DNA of 64,000 bases, taken from Cyanidioschyzon merolae. Its lineage: Eukaryota. Both the position numbers and the translations under genes were made by a program. Below the pieces are notes generated by a model that saw only the letters and a program-made list of their open reading frames with translations, did not search any database and was not told the DNA's origin. Where the stretch lies: the NCBI GenBank assembly GCA_000091205.1, contig AP006497.2; one strand, 5' to 3'. How positions within the stretch are numbered: position 1 is the first letter of the stretch; each line of letters starts with the position of its first letter. Shown here piece by piece: positions 33,262 to 43,812 of this stretch.

Positions 33262-34268
33262 GGGCCCTCCGGATACATTTGAAGGACTCGAAGGATCTCG
33301 ACTTTTATGGACGTGTTAGATCTAGGAGGACAGATCGACAGCTGTGCGCTGCTGGCGCGCGCCACGCGCTGGATACATATGCGGGACTGGAAGGAGCTCT
33401 ACGTTTATGGACAAGTTAGATCTAGGCGGCCAGATCGACAGCTATGCACTGCTGGCGCGCGCCACGCGCTGGATACATATGCGGGACTGGAAGGAGCTCT
33501 ACGTTTATGGACAAGTTAGATCTAGGCGGCCAGATCGACAGCTGTGCACTGCTGGCGCGCGCCACGCGCTGGATACATATGCGGGACTGGAAGGAGCTCG
33601 ACTTTTATAGACAAGTTAGATCTAGGCGGACAGATCGACAGCTGTGCACTGCTGGCGCGCGCCACGCGCTGGATACATATGCGGGACTGGAAGGAGCTCT
33701 ACTTTTATGGACGTGTTAGATCTAGGCGGACAGATCGACAGCTGTGCACTGCTGGCGCGCGCCACGCGCTGGATACATATGCGGGACTGGAAGGAGCTCT
33801 ACGTTTATGGACAAGTTAGATCTAGGCGGACAGATCGACAGCTGTGCACTGCTGGCGCGCGCCACGCGCTGGATACATATGCGGGACTGGAAGGAGCTCT
33901 ACTTTTATGGACGTGTTAGATCTAGGCGGACAGATCGACAGCTGTGCACTGCTGGCGCGCGCCACGCGCTGGATACATATGCGGGACTGGAAGGAGCTCT
34001 ACGTTTATGGACAAGTTAGATCTAGGCGGACAGATCGACAGCTGTGCACTGCTGGCGCGCGCCACGCGCTGGATACATATGCGGGACTGGAAGGAGCTCT
34101 ACTTTTATGGACGTGTTAGATCTAGGCGGACAGATCGACAGCTGTGCACTGCTGGCGCGCGCCACGCGCTGGATACATATGCGGGACTGGAAGGAGCTCT
34201 ACGTTTATGGACAAGTTAGATCTAGGCGGACAGATCGACAGCTGTGCACTGCTGGCGCGCGCCACGCG
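33262..34268. repeat. tandem minisatellite, ~10 units of 100 bp, organised as a 200-bp higher-order repeat (two alternating unit variants)
   Basis: unit ctggcgcgcgccacgcgctggatacatatgcgggactggaaggagctctac[g/t]tttatggac[aa/gt]gttagatctaggcggacagatcgacagctgtgcactg. ORF-track entries 100 bp apart (33344, 33444 … 34144) are artefacts of the period. Confidence 0.95.
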
Positions 34269-34328
34269 ATTCTCCATTGCATTATTTTGTTTTCCCGGCA
34301 AGGTGCCGTGTGTTGCAGCGTCTCTGCA

Positions 34329-35789
34329 ATGGAAACAGCAACGAGTTCACCGGAGCGAATGCTGGTGGGTTCTCTTATCCAGCTCATCCAAGCAGAGACA
34401 CGCCTGATTATGCTAGGATGGAAAGCGTCTGACCAAAATCAGCCGACGCTCCGAACCCAGCCCTTGCCGTGGTCGCCGAGGTCCGCTGCAGACGAGTTTG
34501 CGGAGCCGCTGCAGGCATACTTCGTCCTCGGCTGCGGGGGCGAACTGCGTGCGCCCGCTGCATGTGGCCGAGTCGTCGGCATCTACCACAGAGGCTTCGT
34601 GCGCTCCGTTCATGATAACGACGAGGTGCTCTATGCGGATGTGCGGCTCGTCGTTGTCCGTGAAGCCGGAAGCGCCCTCACCCCTGCCCTGGAACGAGCC
34701 TGGCTGCGTCTGGAAAACTGGGTTTCGCTCACAATAAAACAACAGAACGACCTCAACGCAGATGCGTCAACTGATGGCTGGCGGCGACGCTCAGAGTATT
34801 TTGAACGGATATGCCGAGACTTGACTCACCTTGCGCGAGAGCGAGACCGGCTTTTGAATCAGACCAGGGAGCGCTTGAACGTTGCGCGTCGATCACAGAT
34901 GCACCTGCGACGCGTCTTCGTCGAGGCCTTCGCTGGACACCTGCTCTGTTTCGAGTCATCTAGGCCGGATCAGGGTTTCGAAGGCGCATCTAGCGAAGCC
35001 GGTGCGAGTAAGTGCGATGCTGCATCCGCGTCTGAACCGGTGTTTTTTACTGGCCAACCGCTCGTGCTCTTGAACGACGCTCTCCCGAATGACCTGCCTG
35101 CTGATGGTGATGAGAAAGAGCATCATTCATGGCGTTGGCTCACGCACGATCTCTTTGGACGCTTTCGCATTCCATTGGGTAGACCGCCGGCGATCCAGTC
35201 GCTGGGCTGGCTCTATATTCCTGTGGTCGACGACGTCGGCAACGCGATTCGCGTTGAGGAGATTATTGAGGGGGATCCACCCACAACTGATCCGAAAACG
35301 AAGCGTTATTTGCATACGAAACCCATTCGTCTCGCACCGGACGTTGAGCGAGAGGTTCAGTTCCGGTTGACAGCAGCGAAACGCTGCTGCACGTGTATCC
35401 GCGAAACCGCGTGTGCCGGAGCGCCTGTGCAGCCGGATGCGAGCGGTACAGATGCCAGGTCTGCAAACCGACATGCCCTGCATTCCTGTGTAACATGCAG
35501 CGCGTGGGCACTAACCTGGCCCGGTGTCTTCGAAGTGACCAGTGATATGCTTCGAGGGTGGTCAAACTGGCAGGTCCACCAGAATCGTTCCGATGAGAAT
35601 ACGTTTACGTTTGCAGTGGACGGCACGGAGCGCGTGTATCGCGCTTGGTCGCGGCATGAACGCGATGTCATTGTGGCTTGTCTGCGCCACTGGCAAGAGG
35701 AGGCTCGCGCTGGTGCCCATGATCCGGGAGCCGCGTTGCCCGCAAGTGGAGTGCCCCTCAGCACTGGTTCAATGTTCCAAGACAAGTGA
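34329..35789 (+). CDS. hypothetical protein (486 aa) starting just after the minisatellite; C-terminal region resembles a PH/GRAM-like fold (weak)
   Basis: long ORF in GC-rich coding-like sequence; METATSSPERMLVGSLIQLIQ start is the first Met after the repeat array; no recognisable catalytic motif. Confidence 0.45.
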   Translation: METATSSPERMLVGSLIQLIQAETRLIMLGWKASDQNQPTLRTQPLPWSPRSAADEFAEPLQAYFVLGCGGELRAPAACGRVVGIYHRGFVRSVHDNDEVLYADVRLVVVREAGSALTPALERAWLRLENWVSLTIKQQNDLNADASTDGWRRRSEYFERICRDLTHLARERDRLLNQTRERLNVARRSQMHLRRVFVEAFAGHLLCFESSRPDQGFEGASSEAGASKCDAASASEPVFFTGQPLVLLNDALPNDLPADGDEKEHHSWRWLTHDLFGRFRIPLGRPPAIQSLGWLYIPVVDDVGNAIRVEEIIEGDPPTTDPKTKRYLHTKPIRLAPDVEREVQFRLTAAKRCCTCIRETACAGAPVQPDASGTDARSANRHALHSCVTCSAWALTWPGVFEVTSDMLRGWSNWQVHQNRSDENTFTFAVDGTERVYRAWSRHERDVIVACLRHWQEEARAGAHDPGAALPASGVPLSTGSMFQDK

Positions 35790-36299
35790 GCATTTTCCAA
35801 AGACACTTGGTTGCGAATGCCTTTCGTGCGGAGATCATACCAGTAGAATACGGGAACGATCGGAGCCTTCAGCGCATGAGCGTGTTCGTGTATGATCCGT
35901 GTCTCCGGGAAAATGAAAAGTTTTGCGTCCAACAGCGTTGGCTTCCAGCTGTGCTTGGTTGGCAGGAAAGCCGCCGAGCGGTAGAATGCTGGACCCCAAA
36001 ACCCACGCGGGGCGGACAAGTGCACTCACCAGGCTCGCCATGCGATGCCTTTTCGAAAAGCACGTATTTACGCGATGGCATGATTTCTTTGGTCGCATTC
36101 GCCAAAATCTAGGTGTATCGTCCTCGGCGCTTTGTTGGTCTCAGAAGGCGCAGCACCAAGGCGTGCCTTGTCGGACTGCTAACCTGCAACCGAGTCGGTT
36201 TCGTATTCATCACTCGGACCGACAGACGTTGGACGCCTGGTACCAGCTTCCGTTAGCGCCAGTGCCTCCCACAGAGACTCTACCAGATAAGCAGCTCGT

Positions 36300-37034
36300 C
36301 TAGTTCATTTGCCGGATGAGTCTGTTGATGAGTTCTTCGCGATTTCCATGGGAACCTCCCTCCACGAAATGGCGGAGCTTGCCGCGGCGCCCATATCCAC
36401 CACGCGGTGACGATAACTTGAACGGCCACAGCGCCTGGTTCACAATCTTAAACTTGGGCCCACAGGTGAATAGCTCGTGAATGATGTCTTCCACGCAAAT
36501 GATACCGTGCTTGCCCAAAACCCGCTCCACGAGGTCGTTGCTCGTAATTCCGATGCGGCTCCAACCGCCGGGTTTCCCTACTTTCAAAAAACCCCGTTTA
36601 TAGACGAGCTCTCGTACAGATTTGAGGTTCGGATAGCCATACGCTATATAGGGCTCGATGAGCTGCAGCATGCGCAAGGTAGCGTAGTTGATCCGCACAA
36701 ACACACCGTTGTGGATCTGTCGAAGTCGGAACAGTTGCAAGATCTTTCTCTGCTTCGGTGGAACGCCACGAATACCTCGAATCCGAACTACGAAAGCTAC
36801 CTTTGCTCCTTCGGGAACATAAAACTTGCCCTCTGCACGCGCTGCACGCCGAGCGTGGATGACGGCACGCTCTTTCGCGAGGTACTCGGCGACGTACGAC
36901 TCCGCTCGACGAATAGCTTCTTCCTTGCTCTTTTTCCGCTTCTCCCGCTGCGCTTTGAGCTTAGCCAAGTGAGCAGCCTTCGACTTCTCTTCACTGACCC
37001 TTTTCTTCAACACACTTTCTGGTACCTGCTCCAT
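36300..37034 (-). CDS. RPL7: 60S ribosomal protein L7 (uL30)
   Basis: [12 protein letters not shown]…[80 protein letters not shown]…FKLSSPRGG…[23 protein letters not shown] aligns end-to-end with eukaryotic L7; intronless. Confidence 0.95.
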   Translation of the reverse strand: MEQVPESVLKKRVSEEKSKAAHLAKLKAQREKRKKSKEEAIRRAESYVAEYLAKERAVIHARRAARAEGKFYVPEGAKVAFVVRIRGIRGVPPKQRKILQLFRLRQIHNGVFVRINYATLRMLQLIEPYIAYGYPNLKSVRELVYKRGFLKVGKPGGWSRIGITSNDLVERVLGKHGIICVEDIIHELFTCGPKFKIVNQALWPFKLSSPRGGYGRRGKLRHFVEGGSHGNREELINRLIRQMN

Positions 37035-37406
37035 TGTGGCTTCCAGTGCGCACAAACCGATACCTTTTACGCTTATCCGTCGTGTAGGGTGCGCGTGGAC
37101 GACGCCTCCGACGCGGCGGCGTCTTACAATATCGACATTAAGGAATCAATCTGTATTTTCCTGGACATCGATCTAGAGTGCCATGCGCGCTGCGCTTTCA
37201 GCCACAGCAGCTGCAGCCGCAGCAGCCTTGGGCCTCGACGCGTGACCCATGATGGAGCGACAGCGCGTGCCCCAAGGATGCCTGCTCCCGTTCGGAAACG
37301 TTTCCATGGCTGCTGCTCACGAGCATCCTTTACGTGATATGTAAAGAGCGCACTCAGGCCGTCAGTGATCGGGGTATGGGCGCTTTGTTTCCGGTCGTTG
37401 GTACAC

Positions 37407-37440
37407 AGAGACACACACACACACACAGAGAGAGAGAGAC
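37407..37440. repeat. compound (CA)n(GA)n dinucleotide microsatellite in the RPL7/TIM23 divergent intergenic region
   Basis: acacacacacacacacagagagagagagag. Confidence 0.9.
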
Positions 37441-38186
37441 CTGTTGCAGTGGCGTTGCCCTCGTGGGATGTCCTCTGCACGGCGCTTGCATGCGCATGCT
37501 CCCAGAGCGACCTCCATCGAGCGTCTGATTGCCATGCGACGGCATTGGTATGCAATGCGACTCCAGCGGGACACTTGTCCCTCAGAGCACGAATGCATGC
37601 GCTTGAACAATGCATGCATGTTGTGCACTGATCACTTTAGGCAATATGCAGTGATATGCCTCCAGCTCGTCGATCATTCGCCTCTATCCGAGGAGCGTCG
37701 GAAATTCGCCGCACCGCCCGTGACTTGTTCCGAGAGCGCCAGCATTCAGCGTCCAGTCGAAGACGCATGAACTAGATGCAAAGTAGGCCGGATTTGTTCG
37801 GGTTCCCATACACGCGAGCACTCGACAGAGACAGCAGTAGCGTCGTCGTCGTTGTCGTCGCATGCAAGAAAACTGGGTATCCTTTTTGCCGTGCGATTTC
37901 CAGGCACGGCGAGTGCCCGGAGCTTGCGTTCCGGCACATGGGTTTCTGCGTATCAGGTTATCGAGAAACCAGAAGAAATCTACTGAGTGTACTGGTGCAA
38001 GCTTCACGGAGAGGAATGTGCTGTTTCGAGCACTCGCATGCTCAGTTGAGCGTAGGTGCGCAACGCCGTTGCCGAGGCCGCTGGCGTTGCGCGGCGCAGC
38101 GCAGCGTTCATCCGCCATGCTGTTCGACGCTACGAAGACGCGGAGCAAGTATCGTTTTGGTGAGCACGGCAGCTGAGCGCGTCATC

Positions 38187-39014
38187 ATGAGCAGCATCTG
38201 GTCACGTTTGACAGATAAGCGAAGATCGAACAAACCAGACGACGCTTCCGGTGAGAAGTCGGATATTCTTGGAGCTGGAACCTCGTTAGACTCACGAGCG
38301 GACCCGGCACCGGACCACTTGTGGGCACAGGTCGACCAAGTTGACAGCGTCCCCGATATCGAAGAAGAGAACGGACCCCGAGTGGATTTTTCGAACTTGG
38401 ACAGAATACAAGCGGAGACTGTGGCTCCAGCGTTGGGCATTTATGCGACGCCGCGGGGCAAGTCCGGCGAAGTGGATTACTTGTTCGCGGAGGAGTATCA
38501 CGAGTATCGCCATAAGAGCTGGGGCGAGCAACTCACCTTCTGGGCAGGGGTGAGTTATTTAGGCGGTGCGATAATTGGAGGCTCGTTAGGGTTTCGTGAA
38601 GGCATCCAGAAAGGAAACGAAATGGTCGCGGAGCTTGTGTCGCCAGTGACAGGAGCTGGCGGCGGCCCCAAAGCCGCAACTTCGCTGTCAGTCTCGCATG
38701 TATCCAAGGCAAAGCTTCGACTCAACGCACTGCTCAATGCAGTAGGTCGACGCGGCGGTCGCATGGGTAATGCTGCAGGCGTCTTAGCGATCATGTTCTC
38801 GGGATTTGAGTCGTTTCTGCACTGGCTCCGCGATGACGTCGACGACTCGTGGAATTACATTGGTGCCGGAGCGCTGACTGGCGCGCTCTACAAGTCCACC
38901 GCAGGTCTACGGGCAGTGTCTATGTGGAGCGCAGGGCTGGCGACTGTCGGCCTCGTTGGCCTGTACGGAGCCAGACGAGGGGTCTACGGCCGGCGGTTAC
39001 GGCAACTGCTCTAA
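38187..39014 (+). CDS. Tim17/Tim22/Tim23 (PRAT) family protein, Tim23-like mitochondrial inner-membrane translocase subunit
   Basis: …YLFAEEY…RHKSWGEQLTFWAGVSYLGGAIIGGSLGFREG…KLRLNALLNAVGRRGGRMGNAAGVLAIMFSGFES…DDSWNYIGAGALTGALYKSTAGLRA; start taken at MSSIWSRL (the ORF extends to 37776). Confidence 0.7.
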   Translation: MSSIWSRLTDKRRSNKPDDASGEKSDILGAGTSLDSRADPAPDHLWAQVDQVDSVPDIEEENGPRVDFSNLDRIQAETVAPALGIYATPRGKSGEVDYLFAEEYHEYRHKSWGEQLTFWAGVSYLGGAIIGGSLGFREGIQKGNEMVAELVSPVTGAGGGPKAATSLSVSHVSKAKLRLNALLNAVGRRGGRMGNAAGVLAIMFSGFESFLHWLRDDVDDSWNYIGAGALTGALYKSTAGLRAVSMWSAGLATVGLVGLYGARRGVYGRRLRQLL

Positions 39015-39080
39015 GCAGGTAGGCGGTGGTGTTGGGCGTCACGTAGACGGGCACAGCTCGGGAACGCCGCAACCTACGCT

Positions 39081-39120
39081 CATGGTGGTGATGGTGATGG
39101 TGCTGATGGTGGTGCTGGCG
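39081..39120. repeat. (ATGGTG)n hexanucleotide microsatellite (same motif as at 1621-1650); yields a spurious poly-His antisense ORF
   Basis: catggtggtgatggtgatggtgctgatggtggtgctg. Confidence 0.9.
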
Positions 39121-40187
39121 GCCGCCTCTATCGTTGGCATGTTGCGCGATGGCTTGCTCTGAGAAGCGCGCAACTCCTTCGATGGATCCAGACTCGGGCG
39201 ATGTGCGCTGCGCGCAAGCCCTGGGTACGCCCGCGCAAAGCCTCGTATTGCTGGCGACAAGTACCCGATTTCCATACATTGTACTATGCTCGGCTTTCGG
39301 TTGAAAACGGAGACACGCGCGTTGCCCTGTGTACAGCGCAGCATGCGCAGCAGCGCGAAAGCAGTAGCAGCTTCCGGCATGAGCACTGGACGCAGGTCAA
39401 GCTTCGTCAAGCCTCAGATGCTTCAATGGACCAGGCTCGATGTCAACGAGTCCAAGGCACGATCCACATGACAGGTTGGCACCTGGGGATCCCCGAGGGA
39501 ATGCAGCGCAGATGCTGTATCAGAGAAGTTCATTGACGGATCCGAATATTTTCGTTCACACTTGAAGCAGAGAGACAAGCACCGCTCTGTTTGAGGCTGT
39601 TGAGCTGCCGTTGAATAGGAAAATTCGTGAAGATACGATCGTCGTGTAGTGAGCCCCTGGGCTGCAACTCCGCTCCCTGAGCGAATCAGTTCGTTCGCCT
39701 GCTCGGACGGACCTGGGGTCGGATGTTCCAGGCCTCAGCTCAAACGCTAAAGGACCTTTGCTCCCTTGCTCTTGCACAGCCGCGGGCACACGCTGGTGAT
39801 GCAGTGAGCTCTTGAGTCGCATATCGATCCCAAATGCGAATCAAGGCGTTTACATGCTCGGACGGCGCTGGGGTGTGCTGTTCCAGGCGCCCGGCATACC
39901 GATAAAGGCACCTCACTCCGTGGTGATGCTGTTGTCGCTTCCCCATCGAGTCTACCAAGTTGGAGAGGCGGCAATGCCGGCGTGCACAGCTGCTCGCTGG
40001 CACCGCGGCTTCCCTGCCGTTTCCGACCGACCAGCATATTATCGTTTCCGATCGCAACGCTTGGACTCGTAAAAGCGAGCCAGTGCTCCAGCAACCTGCT
40101 TCACCGTTTTGAGTGAAACTGCTTCCTACTGAAGCCTGCCGCAGGCGTCGGCATTGCCACATGGAGCCGCTCGTGCCCGCGCGTGCT

Positions 40188-41750
40188 TCACTCGATCCAA
40201 CGGAGATCCGTCGAGACTTGGAGTAGTTTCGATGGCAGCTTGCCCGGTGACGGGGACAGAATTCGCAGACGACCTCGAAACCGATCCACCGCCGTTATCT
40301 GTACGAAACCGAAAACCGGAGTGCCCACCATACGAGTAACGATGGTCGGATCATCCAAGTGAGGCCGCTCCCAGACGGTGCTCGGCGCGTCAATATGGCT
40401 GGACGCCTCGGCCGCTGGGGGCGCTGCGGAGGCCCCGGATATCACGTTTGGTAATCTCGCGGCCAGCTCTTGCTCTGAGGCCTGACTCACCGCACCCACC
40501 GTATGCAGCATCTCCTCTTGAAGCTCTGTAAGGAACTCGATTTCTAGGGATTCTTGGTCCGGAAACGTTTCGCCTAGCGGTAACGCCGTCAGAGGCGCGA
40601 GCGCTCGCTCACAGATTCGATAGAGTAGGATGTCTGCGGTCGGAAGCCATAGCGGGTGGGGATGAAGCTCCCCGTGAAGACCATAAAAGTAGGATCGAAA
40701 GCGCTTCGCACGCTCTGCTCGACGGATGGATGTATCCCGAGGCACGACGCCACCGCTCTTGGGAATTCGAACGAGATCCACGCGTTGTTTCGTATCGGTG
40801 TTCACCCGATCGTCATATGATTGACGGAGTAGCGCATACAAACGTTCCGATTCAAGAACAACGACACAAGTGGGTGATAGTTCATGAAGCGCATCGGCGA
40901 GCAGATCGAAACTCTCGCGAGTCTCTGTCCATGCGGGCAGTACTGCAATGCAACCGGCGTTGTAGAGCAGAGGTGCCTCGGTGTCAGCTCCCTGATCACC
41001 CGCTTTTGCCGCTTTTGCGTCTACTTCCGTCATCCACGCGTCCAGCTGACGTCTGATGGCTCCAATGAGCGTCAAATAGGACTTGGCGTTATCATGTGGA
41101 TAGAAATGCCCAAAGTACCAACAGATTGGCCGTTCAAATGCCGCCGCATCTTCCAGCGCAAGCAGCGGCCGATGCAGCGACATCATCACCAGGGCGCCGG
41201 GAACCGCCGTTAGTCGGCTGCACGGCCCGAAGCCAGCGCCAGGGTCCAAGTCTAGCCACGCAAGTCGAGCACCGAGGTGCCGCAGTGCGTAGGCTGCCAG
41301 AGTTGCCGCCACCGTCAGCTTGCCGCTGTCATGGGGGCCCACGACGGCCACCCGCGGTGTCTTATTCGAGCGACCGTCGCGTCCAGTGCGAAAGCTTTGC
41401 TCACGTTGCCGCTGGAGCACTGCATGAATGTTCATCACAAGTGGGTTTGGTGTTTCCTCTGCAATATACGGCGGCACATGGAACGATCCGCGAACCTCGA
41501 CACGACATCCATGCCACGTGAAGACGCCCAAACGACTTCCAGGCCGCAGATCAAAGCTCTGATGAAGCGCCAGCTCCCGTCCGAGGACTTCCGCAGTGCC
41601 ACGCAATAAGCGCAGCTGTGCGGTCGACTGTGTGTCGTCGGAAACCTCAAGTCGTAACTCGTTCTCGGCTCTCAAGTCAAAAACTCGCCAGGCATCTGCG
41701 TTGTGTCCGGTACCCAGGCCTGAACTGTGCGAACTTAGGGTATCGGCCAT
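40188..41750 (-). CDS. CLP1: Clp1 polynucleotide 5'-kinase, mRNA cleavage/polyadenylation factor II subunit
   Basis: ELRLEVSDD…LLRGTAEVLGRELAL…GVFTWHGCRVEVRG…PRVAVVGPHDSGKLTVAATLAAYALR (P-loop) …LVRIPKSGGVVPRDTSIRRAERAKRFRSYFYGLHG…ILSPSPGKLPSKLL all align to Clp1; start at MADTLSS (the ORF extends to 41888). Confidence 0.85.
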   Translation of the reverse strand: MADTLSSHSSGLGTGHNADAWRVFDLRAENELRLEVSDDTQSTAQLRLLRGTAEVLGRELALHQSFDLRPGSRLGVFTWHGCRVEVRGSFHVPPYIAEETPNPLVMNIHAVLQRQREQSFRTGRDGRSNKTPRVAVVGPHDSGKLTVAATLAAYALRHLGARLAWLDLDPGAGFGPCSRLTAVPGALVMMSLHRPLLALEDAAAFERPICWYFGHFYPHDNAKSYLTLIGAIRRQLDAWMTEVDAKAAKAGDQGADTEAPLLYNAGCIAVLPAWTETRESFDLLADALHELSPTCVVVLESERLYALLRQSYDDRVNTDTKQRVDLVRIPKSGGVVPRDTSIRRAERAKRFRSYFYGLHGELHPHPLWLPTADILLYRICERALAPLTALPLGETFPDQESLEIEFLTELQEEMLHTVGAVSQASEQELAARLPNVISGASAAPPAAEASSHIDAPSTVWERPHLDDPTIVTRMVGTPVFGFVQITAVDRFRGRLRILSPSPGKLPSKLLQVSTDLRWIE

Positions 41751-42383
41751 GGCAGAGTCTTCCTCCGCAAAGTGGTTGCCGAATGGACGTCCGATCCGGT
41801 GAACGCTCGCACTGCTACGAATTCGGCACAAAAACACCACAACAGTGTGTTCTCTGGCAAGCGCAGCAGCAAGCGTATACCGCAGCAACGCCTATCATCA
41901 GCTGTGGGGAAAACACCCCTGCGAGTCTCCCGTTCAAGGTACTGCTGATCAAGCCGACTGCTGTTGCGAGTCTCTCTGTCTCTCTCTGTCTCTATCTCAG
42001 CGGTCCGGTTTTCGGTGATAGGTGTACCCAGTCACTCGGTGGTGTTGCAGCCGTAGAACCCTCGGGGCACCTTCCGTAGCAACTTCCGCTGATCCGTTCG
42101 AACTGCTTGTGCGAGTGTCTATTTCAGTCACCCTGTTTCCGGTGATATGTTAACCAGCCACTCAGACCGCTAGCAGTACTTGATCTTTGGGAGTTTCTCG
42201 TAATAGTTCGTGAAGATCAGTCCGAATCGCTTGCACGAGTCACTCAGGATGCTTCCAGTACTAGACTAGAGGACGTTCGTATCCGTCTGGCGGTCGAGAT
42301 TCGTCTAGCCCAGCAGGGTCGCGGCGAGTCGCTACTGGGAGGACGCGCTGCAGACTGCGCGGGAAAGCCATGAACAGGAGGCG

Positions 42384-43760
42384 TTGACCGAGCCTACACG
42401 TGTACCTGTATTAGACTTGTCGCCACGTTCTATGCGAAAACGAGTTATCGCTGAGACCGCTCCTGGAGAAGAGGAGCTGGCGGATCAGGTCATTCGTATA
42501 AAAGCGAATGATGTCGATTCGGGGCTCGCTGCACTCAAAAGCTGTGCGCTCCCTGCACTGAGTCGGGCGGAAAGTCTCCAGCGTTATTACGCAGAGTGGT
42601 TCCCGGCTACGGTTTTGGCACAGTGGCTTGCTGGCCGTCCAGGGGCTGAAGGCGAAGACCTACTTTCACGTCGGGAGTTCAGTTGCGAGGCGGATGACGG
42701 AAGCGGAGGCGAGAAGAGGATTCGCTACCTTGCCTATCAGGATGCTGCTGGACTGCGTGCCGAATTCTTGCGACTGCTTCCGCTCCGGTACGATATAGGA
42801 CCTGTGTATGATGCGAGTCCCAGAGATAGGTACCGACGTATAAATAAACTGGAACCCGTAGAGCGCGAACTGGTCTTCGACGTGGATCTCGATGTGTACG
42901 AGTCTGTCAGTGCGCTAGGTCAGTCAGAGCCGGCAGGTGCCGCTGCGAACTTTGCTGACGACCCTCTGCGGGCGTGTGCCGATAACTGGCTATTTGTTGA
43001 GGCGGCTGTGACGGTTATGGAACAAGCGCTTCGCGAAGACTTCGGATATGAACACGTTCTTTGGGTTTTTTCGGGACGGCGTGGTGTCCACGCCTGGGTG
43101 TGCGATACGCGGGCCCGGCAGCTGACCGATGAAGCTCGTGCCGCTATCGTGGAATACCTACAGTATCGCGGGATATCCGCCGTTTCGAACCGCTCGTCTC
43201 TATCATCTACCTTCAACAGAACTGCGACAACATTCCTGCACCCGGCGCTTCGGAGGGCTGCAACAATCCTGCTACCATTCATGGACAGGTTTCTTGAAGA
43301 GCGGCCGTCGATTTGGGCGGACGAAGGCGCCATGGACACTGTCTTGGGCATGTGTCCCGATGCTCAGGTACGAGAGACGCTCCGTCGCTTTATTCAGCGT
43401 TCCCATACGAGAGAATCTGCTGCCGCCGTCTGGCGCCTGGCGTTGGAGCAACTCGACAGCAAGCGCCTGGATACGGATGCCGCCATGCATATCGTGCTAG
43501 GATTGCTCTACCCACGCCTGGATGTGAACGTAACCCGACAACGAAATCATCTGCTCAAAGGCCCGTTTAGTATCCATCCGAAAACGAACGCGATTTGTGT
43601 CCCGTTCAGAGCCGACCAGGTCTCCAAGTTCCGACCAGAACGTGATGTGCCGCGGCTTGTACCCCTGGTGACGGGCGACGCGAAAGCGCAGAAACAGCTA
43701 CGCGCCGCCCTGGATATCATGGAAGCCTTTGTAACGGAGTTATACCGCGCTGATACGTAA
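42384..43760 (+). CDS. PRI1: DNA primase small (catalytic) subunit PriS/Pri1 (p48)
   Basis: …REFSCEADDG…RYDIGPVYD…RELVFDVDLDVYE (catalytic D-x-D) …VLWVFSGRRGVHAWVCD…NHLLKGPFSIHPKTNAICVPF. Confidence 0.9.
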   Translation: MTEPTRVPVLDLSPRSMRKRVIAETAPGEEELADQVIRIKANDVDSGLAALKSCALPALSRAESLQRYYAEWFPATVLAQWLAGRPGAEGEDLLSRREFSCEADDGSGGEKRIRYLAYQDAAGLRAEFLRLLPLRYDIGPVYDASPRDRYRRINKLEPVERELVFDVDLDVYESVSALGQSEPAGAAANFADDPLRACADNWLFVEAAVTVMEQALREDFGYEHVLWVFSGRRGVHAWVCDTRARQLTDEARAAIVEYLQYRGISAVSNRSSLSSTFNRTATTFLHPALRRAATILLPFMDRFLEERPSIWADEGAMDTVLGMCPDAQVRETLRRFIQRSHTRESAAAVWRLALEQLDSKRLDTDAAMHIVLGLLYPRLDVNVTRQRNHLLKGPFSIHPKTNAICVPFRADQVSKFRPERDVPRLVPLVTGDAKAQKQLRAALDIMEAFVTELYRADT

Positions 43761-43812
43761 GATCCCTCTATCCTACTCTATAGACCTTGGGGTGCGCACC
43801 TGGACATCCGCC

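Noticed and set aside
33165-34219. Series of 84-91-aa ORFs spaced 100 bp apart
   Set aside because: Periodicity artefacts of the 100-bp tandem array (100 is not divisible by 3, and each ORF terminates within about 2.7 units); not a repetitive protein.
33262-34268. Possibility of a CRISPR array
   Set aside because: Units are contiguous with no unique spacers, and the genome is eukaryotic; these are minisatellites.
35357-36025. 222-aa minus-strand ORF (and 16049-16457 plus-strand ORFs)
   Set aside because: Antisense shadows of GC-rich genes (34329-35789 and the MYB/SSXT gene); no motif support.
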